A DNA stretch of 64,000 nt from Azolla caroliniana (taxonomy: Eukaryota; Plantae; Polypodiophyta): positions 62,001 through 126,000 of the forward strand of contig JBHGNT010000009.1 of assembly GCA_043228905.1 (NCBI GenBank), in the 5' to 3' direction. The position numbers and the translations under genes are program-made. Shown piece by piece: positions 59,700-64,000 of the stretch. Every line of letters starts with the position of its first letter. Position 1 is the stretch's first letter. A model generated the notes under the pieces. The model made no database searches, was not told where the DNA came from, and saw nothing but the letters and a program-made list of their open reading frames with translations.

Positions 59700-60340
59700 A
59701 TAATTTCGGATCTGGTAGGGAGACATTGCTATGAGTTTCGCTGCGGCATCCTTGTCCTCTAGGACGATTTGACAGAAACCTTTACTAAGAAGTTGGACTT
59801 CCTTTATTCTACCTACTTGTGCATGGTACTTGCCTTGCAACATAGCATATGACTGCTATTTGCTCAAGGCGATCTATCTCCTGCTCCAATAGAAACATTT
59901 CTTTGGTAGTGAAACTAATCTCAACAGGACTCTCGCTACCTGAGTTATATTTATCTTGCGTTTTCTCTTTATAAAAAGAGGGGCGTCGGACGATCCGTCG
60001 CCATTGCCAAGTGGCCCATCGCCTACTCTGTTGCCCACCATTAATCAATCGTAGGGCGTGATCCAGGAGTAGGAATCTTATCAAAAGAGGAGTTGCACAG
60101 AGACAGACAAATAGACAGCGCCAAAACAAGCAGAAGCAAGCGCCTGAGAAACAGAAAAAAGGAAGAAGAAGGAGAAGAATAAGGGATGAGCAGCGGCCAC
60201 CGCGAAACGGAGCAAGAGCGGGAGCAGGGGTGGAAGCGCGCCCACCCGACAACACAGAGTGGAGAGCACACAAGGCTGTTGTCGCCGCGCACAGTCGTTA
60301 AGGTTACACCCCAACAGGAGTGCCCCCCTAGTTCGTTAAG
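59700..60340 (-). mobile_element. L1-like LINE 5' fragment (5' UTR plus ORF1 start)
   Basis: QDK..PVEISFTTKEMFLLEQEIDRLEQIAVIC and IKEVQLLSKGFCQIVLEDKD, homologous to the + strand copy at 60770. Confidence 0.7.
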
Positions 60341-60739
60341 GTTATCTTGCATTTTTCCATTATCGATCGAGGGGCCTGTTTGTGGTATGTGTTCGATAGG
60401 GGTGATGTTCGAAGTTTCCATGATTAACGGAGTCTTCTAATGTGTTTGGGGGTAGTAGTCAGACTTTTTCCCCCCCCATACTTGGTCGTTCCATCCTCTC
60501 GGTTGAGAGCTGCACATCATTGTTCTAGCATGCCTCGGGCCTTAGGAGCAGAAGAATTCCTTCGTGGTTTTTTCCCCTACTCAAATCCATCGCGCCATGC
60601 CATGAAACTCCATGTCATATATTTTATTTTTCGCCATATTGAGTTCATGTTTGGCATGGCGACTTGTCCTACGATCTAACTACATGAGGAGTATCTCTGT
60701 TGGAGTCGTTGGAAGGCTATTAGGCCCTGTTTTGTCCTC

Positions 60740-61280
60740 TGGTGCTTCTCCGTCAATCAGGGAAACACATTGGAAGACTTAGTCAATCATGGAAACTTCG
60801 AACATCGCCCCTATCAAACACATAGCACAAACATGCCCCTCATCGATAACGGAAAAATGCAAGATAAAAGCAACTCTAATAACGATGGTCCTATTGAGAT
60901 TATTTTCAATAACGAAGAAATGCTTCTACTTGAGCAAGAGATAGAGCGCCTTGAGCGAATAGCGGTCATATGCCGCGTGATGGGAACACAACCAAACAAA
61001 GGATTGTTGTGAGATATGTTGCAAGCTAAATTTCATTCACAACTATGTGGTATAAAAGAAGTCCAACTGCTTGGTAAAGGCTTCTATCAAATCATACTAG
61101 AGGACAAGGATTCTGCAGCGAACCTCATAGCAATATCTCCCTGCCAGGTTCGAAACACATGGTTGTTCATGCGTAAATGGACACAACAACAGGATGATTC
61201 CATGAAAAAGGTAACAATGTTGCTCCTGGGATTATCCTTAGAATACAACATGTTACTTCCCACTATCACCATTTAGACAT
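60740..61280 (+). mobile_element. L1-like LINE ORF1 fragment (DUF4283-like)
   Basis: EQEIERLERIAVICRVMG..IKEVQLLGKGFYQIILEDKDSA..SPCQV..LFMRKW, with an in-frame stop at 61010. Confidence 0.75.
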
Positions 61281-63465
61281 CCAATCATTTCCAAGGATGG
61301 AATGTTGGTCTAAATCCAAGAGTGGAGTTTGTGGGCTATCCGGTGAACTTCAATAGTCCCTTCCTCATTCTCATAGAAATAGAAGAAGCCTGGAGTTATC
61401 GGGATGTCTATGATAATCCGTAGGTGGATGTGGATGTGCTATGTGTTCGATAGGGGCGATGTTCGAACCCTAAATGAGCAAGGTTGAAGGCTGCTCACGC
61501 TCCGTTGCTCGCTACCTTTCTGAGCTTTTCTTGTTTTATGCCTCTTACATTTAACATAAAAAAGATTCATTAGTTTTGCTATTGACCTTTTAACACCGAC
61601 ACAAAAATTGCATCCACATCGTTAAATACATATTTGCATTGTTATATTCTCCCCTCGATGACAAACATGTGTTTCATGATATTTGGCATCATTTAATAGA
61701 CTTACATCTATGGATAATAACACTTGGATCATGGACTTTGTGTTGAACATATATTGGTATAAACACTTTCTATTTAACATCATTTGGTAGTTTTATTTTG
61801 ACGTATGCATTTCAAGATATTTGGCATTTGCTAACCCTTTTTATATCCTCTCCCACAATGACAAACAAGCCTTTCAAGAGATTTGGCATATAAAGTATTT
61901 GATGTGATTTTAATCTAATACAACCTTTAATATGGATTCTTCTACCACAAATTCTTCATTAGGGAAGTTACTTTGTTAATTCTCAATAATGTATTACTTA
62001 GTGACATCCACAAGTATCAATACATGGTTTTACGTGATATTGTTTGTCCACTGAAAATACATTTCTTTAAATACATTACTTTTATCTCCCCTTAACAATA
62101 TTTGTTGTTTCATTCTTTTCCATGATATAAGATCAATTGTTTCATATAATATAATGTAAGCATCATACAACAAATGAAGTGATATTTTAGGAACTCTTAA
62201 TATATTATCCACTATTAATTCACAACAAGCTAAACGTAATCCTAGACACACTTTGGATGTTTCTTGAGATCAATATTCATTATATTGAGATATTGAGGCT
62301 ATCATTATCCATTATCCATTGCCCTCATTGATTTTATCATCACTAATATTACCACTTGTCGGTAAACCATCTAAATGGATTGAATCACGACCATAGAATG
62401 ATAAATACCATACTTTTGGATTAACTATTTATTATGAGTTAAATAAACCTAAAACAGGGGAAAAAAACACAAGAATGTTTGAATAACATTCGCATTCGTT
62501 TTTCAATGGAGGAAAATGAATGTTATGCTAGACGAACACGAATTTTACGTACTATGAGATTCACGATGATCATATTTTCATTTTAAAGTTCATAAGAGGA
62601 ACAATAAGATGGACTCAAGTTTGTCTAACATCTGTAATATCCTAAACCCACAAAATCCAAAAAGTTCATTTTGATATTCTTGAATCTTATATTGTAAACT
62701 AACACAACCATAGCTTAGACATTTAGTGGTATCAATCTCTAAGATGCAGTATTTTCATTCTACCGCCACAATGTATACATCAAAGCTTGAGATCTACCCG
62801 CCTTCTAAATCCTTAAATACCTTTTGGGAGCCTTCTTGTGGGAAGTTAATTGGGTGCTTTTTGTAGTGGATAAAAGCAAGCTTAAACAAATGTTATATGG
62901 ATCCAACCATTTGTTTGTGGGCTCTCATTGAATTCCCATGAATTCATGAAAAGTTTATTATGCATATGTTTGTTCTCGAGACTTGTTAGCTTTCAACCAT
63001 TGAAATATGCCTTACGATCATAGGTGCCTAGTATCAATGCATTCTCCTCCAAATGTAAGTCGTGGTAGTTAGTCTCAATTGTTTGGTGATAGGAACACAC
63101 CATGTGAGCATGTCTTGTTACCATTTGATGGATTCCCCTCCAAATAGATCCTTGTTATTTGGGTCAAAGGCGATGTGGAATTCGAACTAATACATGCGAA
63201 TGATATATCTTCCCAAAAGTAAGAAATGAAAGTGTGAGGGCTTGCATGCTCGTGCCTATGACTTATTGTCTTGTCTAAACATTACCTTTAGTTTACGGCG
63301 TTAACAATAATTACCCATACAACTTTTGTAGTTGGGTGTCATTTAACATGCTCTTATTGAAATTGAGATAGAACATCCCTCACATTTCTAAGTTTTGTAA
63401 TTGATGACATGTTTAAAACTTAGAAATTGTGTTGACCAGATTTTTTTATTGTTCTTTATTCATAA

Positions 63466-64000
63466 GCATTTTGTGATATGACCAAAATTCTCTTGATTTA
63501 ACTTCTTCTCTTAGAGTAGATCATGCTACTATTACGTGAGAAGGTTTAATGCATAGTCAAAGTACACATTGAGTTTCGCTTGTCTTGGTTCTTTAGTTAA
63601 CAATCTTGCCTTGTTTGGAATTTTAATTTTCTAGCCATGTTTTGTCCTTTTTGGCAACATGATATACGTTAATGTTGCATTTTGTGATATGACCAAAATT
63701 CTCTTGATTTAACTTCTTCTCTTAGAGTAGATCATGCTACTATTACGTGAGAAGGTTTAATGCATAGTCAAAGTACACATTGAGTTTCGCTTGTCTTGGT
63801 TCTTTAGTTAACAATCTTGCCTTGTTTGGAATTTTAATTTTCTAGCCATGTTTTGTCCTTTTTGGCAACATGATATACGTTAATGCTACTATTACGTGAG
63901 AAGGTTTAATGCATAGTCAAAGTACACATTGAGTTTCGCTTGTCTTGGTTCTTTAGTTAACAATCTTGCCTTGTTTGGAATTTTAATTTTCTAGCCATGT
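63466..64000. repeat. Recent exact tandem duplications (211-bp, then 149-bp period), running off the right edge
   Basis: GCATTTTGTGATATG at 63466 and 63677; ATGCTACTATTACGTGAG at 63523, 63734 and 63883. Confidence 0.93.

Overview
Eukaryotic, repeat-rich land-plant DNA, probably a fern or other non-seed plant (inferred from the retrotransposon lineages and AG/AC microsatellites). It contains two intact single-exon genes: an OVATE-family protein (7832-8911, +) and a plant GRX-like/Cys-rich protein (49926-51140, -). There are two pseudogenes: PPR fragments and an intron-containing CK2-alpha copy with one exon amplified six times. A ~30 kb nested and rearranged LTR-retrotransposon cluster spans 15.5-45.9 kb. 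In it, an Athila/Tat-like Gypsy with an extra 3' ORF is interrupted by a tRNA-Trp-primed Phygy-like Gypsy, which is itself interrupted by an intact, young Tork/Tnt1-like Copia. Also present are an inverted 178-bp satellite island with 534-bp trimer higher-order repeats, a non-autonomous hAT element with an 8-bp TSD, solo LTRs and L1 LINE fragments. The most notable signals are: TGTC..GACA-ended Gypsy LTRs making 4-bp CpG-centred target-site duplications; a GGAUUUU -1 frameshift signal with a downstream hairpin; the satellite island inside a multi-breakpoint rearrangement; and an OVATE domain split by a long insertion. All calls were made by eye, with no database searches.
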